Source: Bacillota bacterium
GTDB taxonomy: Bacteria; Bacillota; Negativicutes; JBAXTZ01
Direction of reading: 5' to 3'
Assembly: GCA_037129925.1 (NCBI GenBank)
Contig: JBAXTZ010000015.1
Coordinates: forward strand, 1-64,000
Length of the DNA: 64,000 bases
The translations under genes were made by a program, and so were the position numbers. Below, piece by piece: positions 55,449 through 64,000 of this stretch. A model generated the notes under the pieces. The model was not told where the DNA came from, searched no databases, and saw only the letters and a list, made by a program, of their open reading frames with translations. Position 1 is the stretch's first letter. Every line of letters starts with the position of its first letter.

Positions 55449-57338
55449 TCAATTTATCTCGATAGCTTTCGGCGGGCATTTGCCGATACATACACCGCAC
55501 TTCACACACTTATGGGTATCAATTAAATAACCGCGCTCGCGGTCACCGCTGATCGCGCCGACTGGACAGAACTTGGCGCACAGACCGCATTTTTTGCATG
55601 TTTCGGCAATTATCCGGTAATTGATCAACTGCTTGCATACTTTAGCAACGCACTTCCGGTCGTTGATGTGCTGCTCATATTCATCGCGAAAAAATCGCAG
55701 GGTACTCAACACCGGATTTGGCGCTGTTTGTCCAAGTCCGCACAACGAGGTTGATTTGATAACTTCGGCAAGTTCTTGCAAACTCTCAATGTCACCGGCT
55801 TTACCTTCGCCGTTGGTAATTCGCTCCAGTATTTCCAGCATCCGCTTAATCCCAATCCGGCACGGCGGACACTTCCCGCAGGATTCCTCGACAGTAAACT
55901 CCAAAAAGAATTTGGCGATATCCACCATACAGGTATCTTCGTCCATAACTATCAAGCCGCCCGAACCCATCATCGAACCGATAGCTATAAGCGAATCATA
56001 ATCCATCGGCGTGTCCAGCAATGCCGCTGGAATACAACCGCCGGACGGGCCGCCGGTTTGCGCCGCTTTAAATTGCTTACCATTCGGAATGCCGCCGCCG
56101 ATATCAAAAATAATTTCCCGCAAGGTCGTACCCATGGGTATTTCTACCAAACCGGTATTATTTATTTTACCACCGACTGCAAAAACTTTGGTTCCTTTGC
56201 TTGTTTCTGTCCCAAAAGCGCTGTACCACTGGCTGCCCCGCAGGATAATACTGGCAATATTGGCATAAGTTTCGACGTTGTTAATCAACGTCGGCTTTTG
56301 CCATAACCCCTTAATCGCCGGGAAAGGCGGGCGCGGGCGCGGCGTTCCCCGCTGGCCTTCAATCGAAGCAATGAGCGCCGTTTCTTCACCACAGACGAAT
56401 GCTCCAGCGCCCAATCGGATGCCCAGATTAAAAGCAAAGCCTGAACCCATAATATTATCGCCCAGTAAGCCATAGTTTTTGGCTTGAAGAATGGCAAGAC
56501 TTAAGCGCTCCAGTGCAATCGGATACTCAATCCGCACATAAACATAACCCTGATGCGCCCCAATTGCATAACCGGCAAGAATCATTGCCTCAATCAACGC
56601 GTGCGGGTCGCCTTCAAGTACGCTGCGATCCATGAATGCACCCGGGTCGCCCTCGTCAGCGTTGCAAAGCACAAACTTCTCACTTGCACTGCTATTTGCG
56701 GCAAATTGCCATTTTCGGCCGGTCGGAAAACCACCGCCGCCCCGACCGCGCAGCCCGGATGCTGATATTTCCTCAATAACCGCAGCCGGAGTCATGGCAA
56801 ATAGCGCTTTTGCCAGCGCCTTGTAACCGTCAAAAGCAATATATTCATCGATATTTTCCGGATTTATCAGTCCGCAGTTTTTCAACGCCACGCGCATTTG
56901 GTTACTGAAAAATTTGGTGATTTCTGTAGGGTGCTCTGTTTCATCGAGATGCCCGCCGAAGATTCGCTGTACCGGCTGACCGTTTAGCAAATGTTTTTCA
57001 ACGATCTCAGCGACATCGGCAACTTGAACCATTTTATACAGGCAATTTTCCGGATAGATAATAACTACCGGCCCTTGGGCGCACAGCCCCAGACAGCCGC
57101 ATTTTACGATCGCGATACGGTCAGCCAACCCGTGTTTTACAATCTGTTGATTAAATTCATCGATGATTGCCGCCGAATTAGATGAGGCGCAACCAGTACC
57201 GGCGCAAACCATGATATGCGACAAACCATTTGCGGCGATCGTACCGGTTGTACCATCAATAATCGCTTGCGCTCGTCTCAGACCGATTACGGCAAGTGTT
57301 TCACGGCGAATGGTCTCTAATTGTTGTTGTGTTTTCAT
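55449..57338 (-). CDS. NuoF-like flavoprotein (beta) subunit with an N-terminal thioredoxin-like 2Fe-2S domain and a C-terminal 2x[4Fe-4S] domain
   Basis: GGGGFPTG FMN/NADH motifs, the SLCGLG 4Fe-4S region, and a C-terminal CKKCGLCAKFCP...CVKCGVCIGKCP. The likely start is MKTQQQ (57338) after AGGGGGA. Confidence 0.8.
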   Translation of the reverse strand: MKTQQQLETIRRETLAVIGLRRAQAIIDGTTGTIAANGLSHIMVCAGTGCASSNSAAIIDEFNQQIVKHGLADRIAIVKCGCLGLCAQGPVVIIYPENCLYKMVQVADVAEIVEKHLLNGQPVQRIFGGHLDETEHPTEITKFFSNQMRVALKNCGLINPENIDEYIAFDGYKALAKALFAMTPAAVIEEISASGLRGRGGGGFPTGRKWQFAANSSASEKFVLCNADEGDPGAFMDRSVLEGDPHALIEAMILAGYAIGAHQGYVYVRIEYPIALERLSLAILQAKNYGLLGDNIMGSGFAFNLGIRLGAGAFVCGEETALIASIEGQRGTPRPRPPFPAIKGLWQKPTLINNVETYANIASIILRGSQWYSAFGTETSKGTKVFAVGGKINNTGLVEIPMGTTLREIIFDIGGGIPNGKQFKAAQTGGPSGGCIPAALLDTPMDYDSLIAIGSMMGSGGLIVMDEDTCMVDIAKFFLEFTVEESCGKCPPCRIGIKRMLEILERITNGEGKAGDIESLQELAEVIKSTSLCGLGQTAPNPVLSTLRFFRDEYEQHINDRKCVAKVCKQLINYRIIAETCKKCGLCAKFCPVGAISGDRERGYLIDTHKCVKCGVCIGKCPPKAIEIN

Positions 57339-57372
57339 CTGTTCCCCCTGTTTCTCACAAACGCTATCCGGA

Positions 57373-57855
57373 TCATTCATAAAGAGCGAGTATTCGGTCG
57401 ACATCTTTGGGTTCCAACCGTCCATGCACATCTTTGTTTATCGTCAAAACCGGCGCCAAACCACAGGCGCCGATGCACCGGCAAGCTTCGAGCGAAAACT
57501 TTTTGTCCGGCGTGCAATCGCCAACGTTGATACCGAGTTTCTCTTTGAATTTATCCAGCAACGGACCGGAGCCTTTTACATAACAAGCCGTTCCCATACA
57601 AACCGAAATTCGATACTTACCTTTTTCTTTCAATGAAAACTGGCCATAGAAAGTTATGACCCCATATATCTCCGTCATCGGCACGCCATAATGCTCCGAG
57701 ATTATTTCCTGCGCCTCAACCGGCAAATAGCCATACAGCTCTTGCGCCTCGTGTAACACCGCAATCAAGGAGCCTTTGGTGCTTTTGTAGTTTTTGGCAA
57801 TTTCAATCAGTCTTGCCTTTCGTTCATCATAAGTATTTTTACAACAGCAACTCAT
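57373..57855 (-). CDS. NuoE-like 2Fe-2S (gamma) subunit
   Basis: 160 aa with CMGTACYVKG...CRCIGACGLAPV. Confidence 0.8.
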   Translation of the reverse strand: MSCCCKNTYDERKARLIEIAKNYKSTKGSLIAVLHEAQELYGYLPVEAQEIISEHYGVPMTEIYGVITFYGQFSLKEKGKYRISVCMGTACYVKGSGPLLDKFKEKLGINVGDCTPDKKFSLEACRCIGACGLAPVLTINKDVHGRLEPKDVDRILALYE

Positions 57856-57870
57856 TTGTTCACCTTCACA

Positions 57871-59103
57871 TTAATTTTGTTCGGTAGCTACTAGTTTTTT
57901 ACCCCGCCCGACTAGTAACGGGAAGACCATGGCAATGATCAGCGATACACCAGTGATCACGAAAGCTGTCGAATAACCATAAGAACCATGCATACTCGAA
58001 TAAAGAATCGGACCGACAATTGAGCCAACACTCCAAGCAGTCAGGATAAACCCGTAAATTGTACCAAGATATTTGCTGCCGAAGGAATCGGCGACAAATG
58101 CCGGCATCGTCGAAAAACCACCACCATAGCAAGAGTAAATGTAGCAAGCCACGACCATAAAGACCGCGAGATTGGAAATATAGGGCAGCACCAAGAACAG
58201 TAGCGCTTGTGATGCAAAGAAAATCAAAAACACATTTCTACGCCCAATCGCATCCGACATCCACGACCAGAACAAGCGTCCCAGTCCGTTAAATACTGAG
58301 AATACGCCGATGATGATGCCGGCTTGAGTGGGCGTTTGTTTGAATATCTCCTGAACCATCGGTGATGCTTGTGAGATTAAAGCAATTCCCGCCGAGATAT
58401 TCAAAAACAATGTTATCCAAAACAACCAAAAATCTTTGGATGCGACTGCAACAGCTGGTTTGACCGAGGCTGCGGTCGCTATTTTCTTTTTCCCAGCCGG
58501 TGCCGCTACCGCATAGCCTTCCGGTGGATTAACCATGAATTGCGCGGCAATCAATGTCAGCACAACGAAGATTGCACCGAGCAAGTAAAAAGTCGCGCTC
58601 ATCCCGATAACTTTCAGTACCATCGGCACCAAAGTTGTCATAATAAAAGCGCCGATCCCAAAACCCATGACCGCGATACCGGTAATCATCCCGCGCTTAT
58701 CCGGGAACCACTTGACCAAGACCGATATCGGTGTGATGTAACAAAGTCCGTTACCTAAACCGGCCAGTACACCGTAGGCAATATAAATCGTCCAAATCGA
58801 AACATTGGTAACGCCCCAACCAGTTAGCAGCGTACCCAATCCAAACAGCAGCGCGCCGATTGTTGCCACAAACCGCGGCCCTTTTCTGTCGACAACCATT
58901 CCGCCAAGTGCGGCAGCTATTCCCAAACTTCCGATAGCGATTGTAAAAACTATCGTAACCTCAGTCAGCGACCAGTGTCCCAACTGTTGCAACGGCTTGG
59001 TGAAAATGCTCCAACCATATACCGTACCGAGACAAATTTGCATTATCACTCCGAATGTTGCTATCAGCCAGCGATTGGGGTAGCTTTTGTTGTTTTTATC
59101 CAC
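57871..59103 (-). CDS. MFS transporter, oxalate/formate antiporter (OFA) family
   Basis: 410 aa, 12 TM helices, and an OFA-like N-terminus. Confidence 0.65.
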   Translation of the reverse strand: MDKNNKSYPNRWLIATFGVIMQICLGTVYGWSIFTKPLQQLGHWSLTEVTIVFTIAIGSLGIAAALGGMVVDRKGPRFVATIGALLFGLGTLLTGWGVTNVSIWTIYIAYGVLAGLGNGLCYITPISVLVKWFPDKRGMITGIAVMGFGIGAFIMTTLVPMVLKVIGMSATFYLLGAIFVVLTLIAAQFMVNPPEGYAVAAPAGKKKIATAASVKPAVAVASKDFWLFWITLFLNISAGIALISQASPMVQEIFKQTPTQAGIIIGVFSVFNGLGRLFWSWMSDAIGRRNVFLIFFASQALLFLVLPYISNLAVFMVVACYIYSCYGGGFSTMPAFVADSFGSKYLGTIYGFILTAWSVGSIVGPILYSSMHGSYGYSTAFVITGVSLIIAMVFPLLVGRGKKLVATEQN

Positions 59104-59288
59104 GTCATTTTCTCCTTTGTTTATGGATTGTTAATCCTTTGTCCAAATTGTAGCACAAGCCACTCAACAAATTCTCAACAACAACAAAACTCACATAAAT
59201 CAGCAGTATTAATGAGAACGCTTTCATTTACTGAAGATTTTCTGTGAGTTTTCGGTATCGGTATAACTGCGAACAACCGCCCGTCAAG

Positions 59289-60458
59289 CTAAAAAAATTC
59301 AGCTTCGACTTTCTTCAGGTGCTTTTCCGTTAATAATTTAATCATCTTTTTAACAACAGTTTTTCTGATTTCCAGCTCGATCGGCAAATCCGGGTCAAAA
59401 TGCGACATATTGAACTTGGCACCGACCAAAAACTCAATACAATCCGAATTAAGCAACAAGTTACACAGCAAACCTGCCGGATCCTCATTGTTTTCAATTC
59501 CGTTTTCCAAGTAGTCAGCAGTACGGCTCAAGGTCAGTATTCCTTCGGTAACCAAATCGATTCCGTCGATTAGCGAACAGGGCGGCAAATCGCCAACTCC
59601 GCGCACCATCCCTTTTATCGGCCGCTTCAACTCGCGGGCGATCATATTGGCGGTCGAACCGCCGCACACTGCCTTTTTGCCTTGAAAGTCAGCCAACCGT
59701 TCGGCATATTCGCTGTCCCGGCTTTCATAATACGGTAAGCCGGTAAACACCATCGCTTTACGCGGCTGGCGAAAATGCAACACCATCGCCGCGGCATCGT
59801 CTTTGAGCTTATAATCTCTTTCTTTTGTAGTAGCTGTTTCCACCATTGCTTTAGCCAGCTGATTACTGGGTACAAATGGATTCTTAATTATTTCCTCGAC
59901 TAAAAACCTGATCAAACCTTCCCGCTTCCAGCCAAGTGGTAGCGCCCGGCTACCCATACCGGCTTGAGTCACGCCGTCCGAACAAAAAATCAATCGGTCG
60001 CCCGGCTGTAACTGGAGACGATAGAGTTGTAATTGGCGATTGGAAAAATTTTTAGATTCAATTATTTCGGCTTCCGGTTCAAACACCGAGGCGCCGCGCA
60101 GCCAAATAAACTGCGGATTGCCTTCCTCGATTATACGGACAGCGCCATTATCATAACAATCGATAATTGAAAAAGTGGCGTAACTAATTTTCCGCACCTG
60201 ACAAATTGGCAGCGAGTTCATTATTACTTCGGATGCCCGCAAAATATCTTTACCAGCCGCGACAAATTTCAGTAACATCGTCGCGGTCATCTGCGACAAA
60301 ATATTAGCCTTGATTCCCGAACCCAGACCATCGGACAAAGTTGCAATCAACCGGCCTTGTTCGGGGTATCTTTTGGACATATAGGTATCGCCAAAGGCGT
60401 TTTGCCCCCACTTTTTGAGTTGATAACAACTAATATCAATAAATAGCGGTTCTTTCAT
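59289..60458 (-). CDS. PP2C/SpoIIE-like serine phosphatase with a C-terminal uncharacterised domain (HfsC-like)
   Basis: The N-terminal 230 aa are a PP2C fold (ATLSDGLGSG, FCSDGV). The C-terminal ~150 aa are unknown. Confidence 0.5.
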   Translation of the reverse strand: MKEPLFIDISCYQLKKWGQNAFGDTYMSKRYPEQGRLIATLSDGLGSGIKANILSQMTATMLLKFVAAGKDILRASEVIMNSLPICQVRKISYATFSIIDCYDNGAVRIIEEGNPQFIWLRGASVFEPEAEIIESKNFSNRQLQLYRLQLQPGDRLIFCSDGVTQAGMGSRALPLGWKREGLIRFLVEEIIKNPFVPSNQLAKAMVETATTKERDYKLKDDAAAMVLHFRQPRKAMVFTGLPYYESRDSEYAERLADFQGKKAVCGGSTANMIARELKRPIKGMVRGVGDLPPCSLIDGIDLVTEGILTLSRTADYLENGIENNEDPAGLLCNLLLNSDCIEFLVGAKFNMSHFDPDLPIELEIRKTVVKKMIKLLTEKHLKKVEAEFF

Positions 60459-60466
60459 AACGGCGA

Positions 60467-60973
60467 TTAACTCTCCTTATCAGAATCGTAGCTCTCAGCT
60501 ATCGAACTAAGCAGCAGTTCGGTATCAACCATATGCTCACCTAATAAAAATGCGATATTCTGAACCACCGCGATGTTCTTGGCGATAACTTCGCGGGCTT
60601 GCTTGGCAATTTCTTCGCGGGGTTGCTCAAATTTGGTGATGTCGGTAGCTTGAATACCGACTATCCGGTTTAACTCAATGGAGAATATCTTTAAATCATA
60701 TATTTTGTCGTTATAGCTATAGCGCTTTATGTGGATATTTTCACCGGTAGCCAGCACTTCACGCAAATTATCTACACTGGGAAATATTCGTTCGACTGAA
60801 GCTCCCTGAATTCCTTCATCGAACGAATTAAAAACATCCAGCATATCAATCGCCCACATTTTCACAAACGCCTCGTTGGCTTCGATTACTTTAAGTCGTT
60901 CATCTACAACCACCATCGCTGACGGGATTTTTTGCAACAAAGCCGAGGAATAATCGTCAAAGTCTTTTTTCAT
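60467..60973 (-). CDS. PAS-domain sensor protein (no kinase domain)
   Basis: 168 aa with an N-terminal PAS-like fold. Its start overlaps the upstream ferredoxin gene by 4 nt. Confidence 0.45.
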   Translation of the reverse strand: MKKDFDDYSSALLQKIPSAMVVVDERLKVIEANEAFVKMWAIDMLDVFNSFDEGIQGASVERIFPSVDNLREVLATGENIHIKRYSYNDKIYDLKIFSIELNRIVGIQATDITKFEQPREEIAKQAREVIAKNIAVVQNIAFLLGEHMVDTELLLSSIAESYDSDKES

Positions 60974-61221
60974 TTCCGCCTCAATTCTTCAAATATTTCT
61001 TCTAACTTAAGGGCATCCACCTCGAAAAACTCCTTTTGATTTACGGTAATATACGGCCCTTTATCACATTTGCCGGTGCATAACGAGCCGACGAGATCGA
61101 TTGCGATATTCAGTTTGTTGGCGCTGATAAAGTCCTCGATCATTTTCAGGTTTTCGGCATTGCCCCGCGCATAGCAAGCGCTACCAAGGCAAATTGATAT
61201 TTCACTTTTTTCAATACTCAT
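60970..61221 (-). CDS. Thioredoxin-like [2Fe-2S] ferredoxin (NuoE-fold, HfsA-like)
   Basis: 83 aa with CLGSACYARG...CTGKCDKGP. Confidence 0.6.
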   Translation of the reverse strand: MSIEKSEISICLGSACYARGNAENLKMIEDFISANKLNIAIDLVGSLCTGKCDKGPYITVNQKEFFEVDALKLEEIFEELRRK

Positions 61222-61300
61222 TTACTCACTCCTAAATTTATTTGCCTAACGGTCGGTCTACTGCACAAATTATAACAAAATATATTTATTGGTTCAATCA

Positions 61301-62260
61301 TTATTGGCCGGTTATTTCAGTGGTACGCTGGGTTATTCCAACAGCAGCACGACTATCGTTGGATGCCGAAAAATACTCCGCGATGGATTTCGAAAACTGA
61401 CGATACTGATTTTCCAGCGCCAACTTAATTTTTCTCGCCCATGGATAGTGCTTGTCCGCCAAAAATTGACCGGTATAGGTATAAAATGCTTGCACCGCCT
61501 GCTCAACATTGTCGGGGTCGATAACGCCAAAACGGTCTACCGCCTCGACAAAGTTGCGACAATCTAACTTTATCCCGGCGCTTGACAGTTTATATTCACC
61601 ATCGGCTATTGCAAGGGCGCTGGCAAAACCATAATTCATTAACTCTTTTTTGACATAATAGATATTAAGCTGCAATAATTTTTCCGCTTTATCGTCTTCC
61701 TGGTCAGCAAACAAATCAGCGATTATTTGTTGTTTGGATGCAGTTTGGTTATAAAGCAAATATATCAACAACTCCTCGGCTTTAGGCGTCCAGGCTATCG
61801 ACTGCTCAACACCATTTATTGAGTAAGCGGTATATCCAAAAGTCTTTATTTCTAATATTTTTCGTCGCCGGGTGACACTAGTATCACTGTTTTTCCCCAG
61901 CAATCGCCCCAGCCGCTCTAACACTGGCGCCAATTTGCCCGGTTCAAGCGGCTTCATTAAATAACTGATAGCGTTTAATTCAAACGCTTCGATTACAAAC
62001 TGATTGTGCGCGGTTACAAAAACTATTTCTATCTGCTCGAGTGCTGAAAGTAATGCTGCCGCCAATTCCAGACCAGTCATATGCGGCATGTCGATGTCTA
62101 GGAAAGCCACATCGGCGACCAAGCCGTTGTTCACTTCTTTCAACGCTTTAGTCGGACTAATAAATCTACCCACAATCTCCACTAAACCAGTTCGCATTAA
62201 ATGAAAACATAAAAATTCCATTGCGATTGGCTCGTCATCAACTACTATTGCCCTGATCAT
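61301..62260 (-). CDS. Response regulator (CheY-like receiver) with an uncharacterised C-terminal output domain
   Basis: The receiver domain has DD...D...K residues (VVDDEP, FLDIDMP). The C-terminal 190 aa are not recognised. Confidence 0.6.
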   Translation of the reverse strand: MIRAIVVDDEPIAMEFLCFHLMRTGLVEIVGRFISPTKALKEVNNGLVADVAFLDIDMPHMTGLELAAALLSALEQIEIVFVTAHNQFVIEAFELNAISYLMKPLEPGKLAPVLERLGRLLGKNSDTSVTRRRKILEIKTFGYTAYSINGVEQSIAWTPKAEELLIYLLYNQTASKQQIIADLFADQEDDKAEKLLQLNIYYVKKELMNYGFASALAIADGEYKLSSAGIKLDCRNFVEAVDRFGVIDPDNVEQAVQAFYTYTGQFLADKHYPWARKIKLALENQYRQFSKSIAEYFSASNDSRAAVGITQRTTEITGQ

Positions 62261-62303
62261 TGCTCCTCCACTGTTAACTATTTACTGACAACTGCTAACC
62301 GGC

Positions 62304-64000
62304 TCAGCACATCGGTATTTTAGGGTCGCAAGGTGGTTTCAGGCAGCATTTGCCACGAGTGCGGATCCAGGCAACGCGTTGTTGAACGTTTTGCGATGGT
62401 TCGATATTATAATGGCTGGCGCTGTAGTCGGCGTTCTCAACCGGATTGATTGTATTTCCCACGGCAACTGCCGCCATTGGCGCCGAACTGCGCATCATCC
62501 GCGAACGTTGTGTGCCATTACCCGAATTGTCGTCTTCTTCCGTACCGTTGTTGGAATTGTTATTGCTGTCAGCAGCGGCGCTCAAGGTCATTAATCCGGG
62601 AACCGGGTCACTGCCCCCCGATGGTGTCGCGCCGACAACGGTCAAGGAGCCGTTGACATAGTTAAAAGCGTAATTCGGCGAACCCGCGCCTTCGGGCGTG
62701 ATGGCATAGCGTCCGGCGCCGCTGGATTGGCTGGCAGTTGTGGAGAACTGCACTTGAGGATCCAGGTCGGACGGTCCGTCACCGTTCACAAAACCATTGT
62801 AGCTGGCGCTAAACTGCGGATTTGGGTAACCAACCAACCGTAATGCGTTATTCGCAGTAACTGTAAGCGTTGCCGGGGTTACCGTAAACTGAGCCGCTAC
62901 GCCACCGATTGTATAATATTCTGCGCTTAGACCACTAATATATGTTGTATCATATTTACCGGCATTGGTAGTCTGAGCAATTTCCGTAGTGTAAACCGGC
63001 GAACCGCTGGCAGTTATCGTCTCGAGCGTAACCGGGTCAACCACTTTGTAGCCGGTGCCTTGAAGATGTAGTCGGTCATAAATAGTGCTGTCGCCATAAA
63101 CCGAAGTGCTGATAAGCGGCATAAATTCCGCCAGCTCCAGCGCGGTAGCCGAATACTGATATATTCCCTCGGCTCCGGCGGTTCCGGGATGATTATTGAC
63201 ATAAGTAGCCATATTAGCAATCGCCGAACCCAGTGTCCGGGCGCCGGTTTTGCCATAGTCAGTTGCCGTTAACGACTGGCTAAATGCGCTATTTGCGGTA
63301 GCATCTTCATAGATGAACAACACTCCGCCAGCGCTCCTGGTAACAGTGCCATAATTTTCGTGATTAGCGAAAACCAGTCCATTTGCAGTGCCGTTCAAAT
63401 CAGTAGTTGTTGCCAATAAAATGTTGTTAGTGGCACCAGTCGCGGTAATTGCAGCTCCGTTAGCAACAATAATGCTGTCATCTGCCTTCAGCGTAATGTT
63501 ACCAGCGGCAGTAAGCGTACCGTCAACTCTGACACTCCCAGTTGTTGCTCCGGTTTGGGCAGTGAGTGTCAGCGCTTTTACAGCGCTAACATCATTAATT
63601 TCAACGTCCCCGCTGTTAGAAATAGTGAGATTTCCGGCTGAACTAATATTTAATTCTTCACCGGCGCTAATATTGTTCAGTGTGATATCGCCAGTTGTCG
63701 ATGAAAGGTTTATGTATCCGGATAAATTGCGATTGCTCAGACTTATGCTGGCAGAAGTTATTGAAAGATTGGTAGTGGTTTGAATTGCTTCGTAGTTATC
63801 AAATGAAGCTGTTTGGATAATTGCCGAGTCGGCGCTGACGATCTTTCCGGCGGCAACATCCAAGCTGTTGTTGGCGGTCAGCGCTACATTCGCCAATGAT
63901 GACAGATCGTCAGTAACATTAATATCATTCGCTATTAAGTTGACATTTCCAGTAAAAGGCACATGATTCGCTAATCCTAGATTAGTCGTATCGATAGTGT
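62304..64000 (-). CDS. Large repetitive secreted/surface protein (C-terminal part; gene continues beyond the window end), with a filamentous-haemagglutinin-like repeat region and a Cys-rich C-terminal tail
   Basis: The reading frame stays open to the window edge. It has degenerate Thr/Ser/Asn/Gly-rich repeats (NITLKADDSIIVANGAAITATG...) and ends ...RTRGKCCLKPPCDPKIPMC. Confidence 0.4.
   Translation of the reverse strand, partial: TIDTTNLGLANHVPFTGNVNLIANDINVTDDLSSLANVALTANNSLDVAAGKIVSADSAIIQTASFDNYEAIQTTTNLSITSASISLSNRNLSGYINLSSTTGDITLNNISAGEELNISSAGNLTISNSGDVEINDVSAVKALTLTAQTGATTGSVRVDGTLTAAGNITLKADDSIIVANGAAITATGATNNILLATTTDLNGTANGLVFANHENYGTVTRSAGGVLFIYEDATANSAFSQSLTATDYGKTGARTLGSAIANMATYVNNHPGTAGAEGIYQYSATALELAEFMPLISTSVYGDSTIYDRLHLQGTGYKVVDPVTLETITASGSPVYTTEIAQTTNAGKYDTTYISGLSAEYYTIGGVAAQFTVTPATLTVTANNALRLVGYPNPQFSASYNGFVNGDGPSDLDPQVQFSTTASQSSGAGRYAITPEGAGSPNYAFNYVNGSLTVVGATPSGGSDPVPGLMTLSAAADSNNNSNNGTEEDDNSGNGTQRSRMMRSSAPMAAVAVGNTINPVENADYSASHYNIEPSQNVQQRVAWIRTRGKCCLKPPCDPKIPMC

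Noticed and set aside
52753-55509. Selenocysteine (in-frame TGA) in fdhA
   Set aside because: The ORF is uninterrupted and the position equivalent to Sec in E. coli FdhF is Cys (HCARLCH), so this is a Cys-type enzyme.

Overview
This 64 kb window reads as a chromosomal segment from an anaerobic bacterium. The gene content looks Firmicutes-like (a glgB-glgC-glgD-glgA-glgP glycogen operon, D-lactate dehydrogenase), yet it also carries outer-membrane/diderm markers (OmpH/Skp chaperone, an autotransporter-like C-terminal-Phe beta-barrel protein, an ADP-heptose-type GT9 transferase), so a Negativicutes-like or similar lineage is plausible but not proven. About 47 of 54 genes lie on the minus strand.

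Content from left to right:
- 1..9.6 kb: leucine dehydrogenase (5' part, runs off the window start), deoC, and the complete glycogen operon (glgP, glgA, glgD, glgC, glgB).
- 9.8..14.9 kb: a deoxyhypusine-synthase-like gene, a solute-binding lipoprotein, an outer-membrane beta-barrel protein and a LysE exporter. Two short tandem-repeat tracts (7-mer and 8-mer) sit directly in front of strong terminators.
- 15..31 kb: an accessory-looking region built from repeated cassettes of zinc-ribbon polytopic membrane proteins, a flotillin-like SPFH protein and two DUF4143 AAA ATPases. It contains two split genes, a truncated SPFH remnant and a 22-aa zinc-ribbon remnant, which indicate recent segmental duplication and decay. 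This is the most unusual part of the window.
- 31..47 kb: an Ere-like secreted protein, an AAA-ATPase_like/PD-(D/E)XK protein, tcdA, an M20 amidohydrolase, DUF1015-serA plus a class V aminotransferase, a MobA-FdhD fusion, a conserved IscU-like + GGGtGRT gene pair, a DUF234 ATPase, a TPR-GT9 protein and manA.
- 48..52.7 kb: crcB-DUF190, two GNAT genes, skp, ldhA and a solute-binding protein.
- 52.7..62.3 kb: a Cys-type NAD(P)-linked formate dehydrogenase (FdsG/NuoE-like, FdsB/NuoF-like, FdhA) with an oxalate/formate MFS transporter, preceded by an Hfs-like redox-sensing module (thioredoxin-like 2Fe-2S ferredoxin, PAS protein, PP2C phosphatase, response regulator) that has no hydrogenase partner.
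- 62.3 kb to the window end: the C-terminal part of a large repetitive surface protein, running off the window.

No rRNA, tRNA, CRISPR array, transposase or integrase was recognisable.
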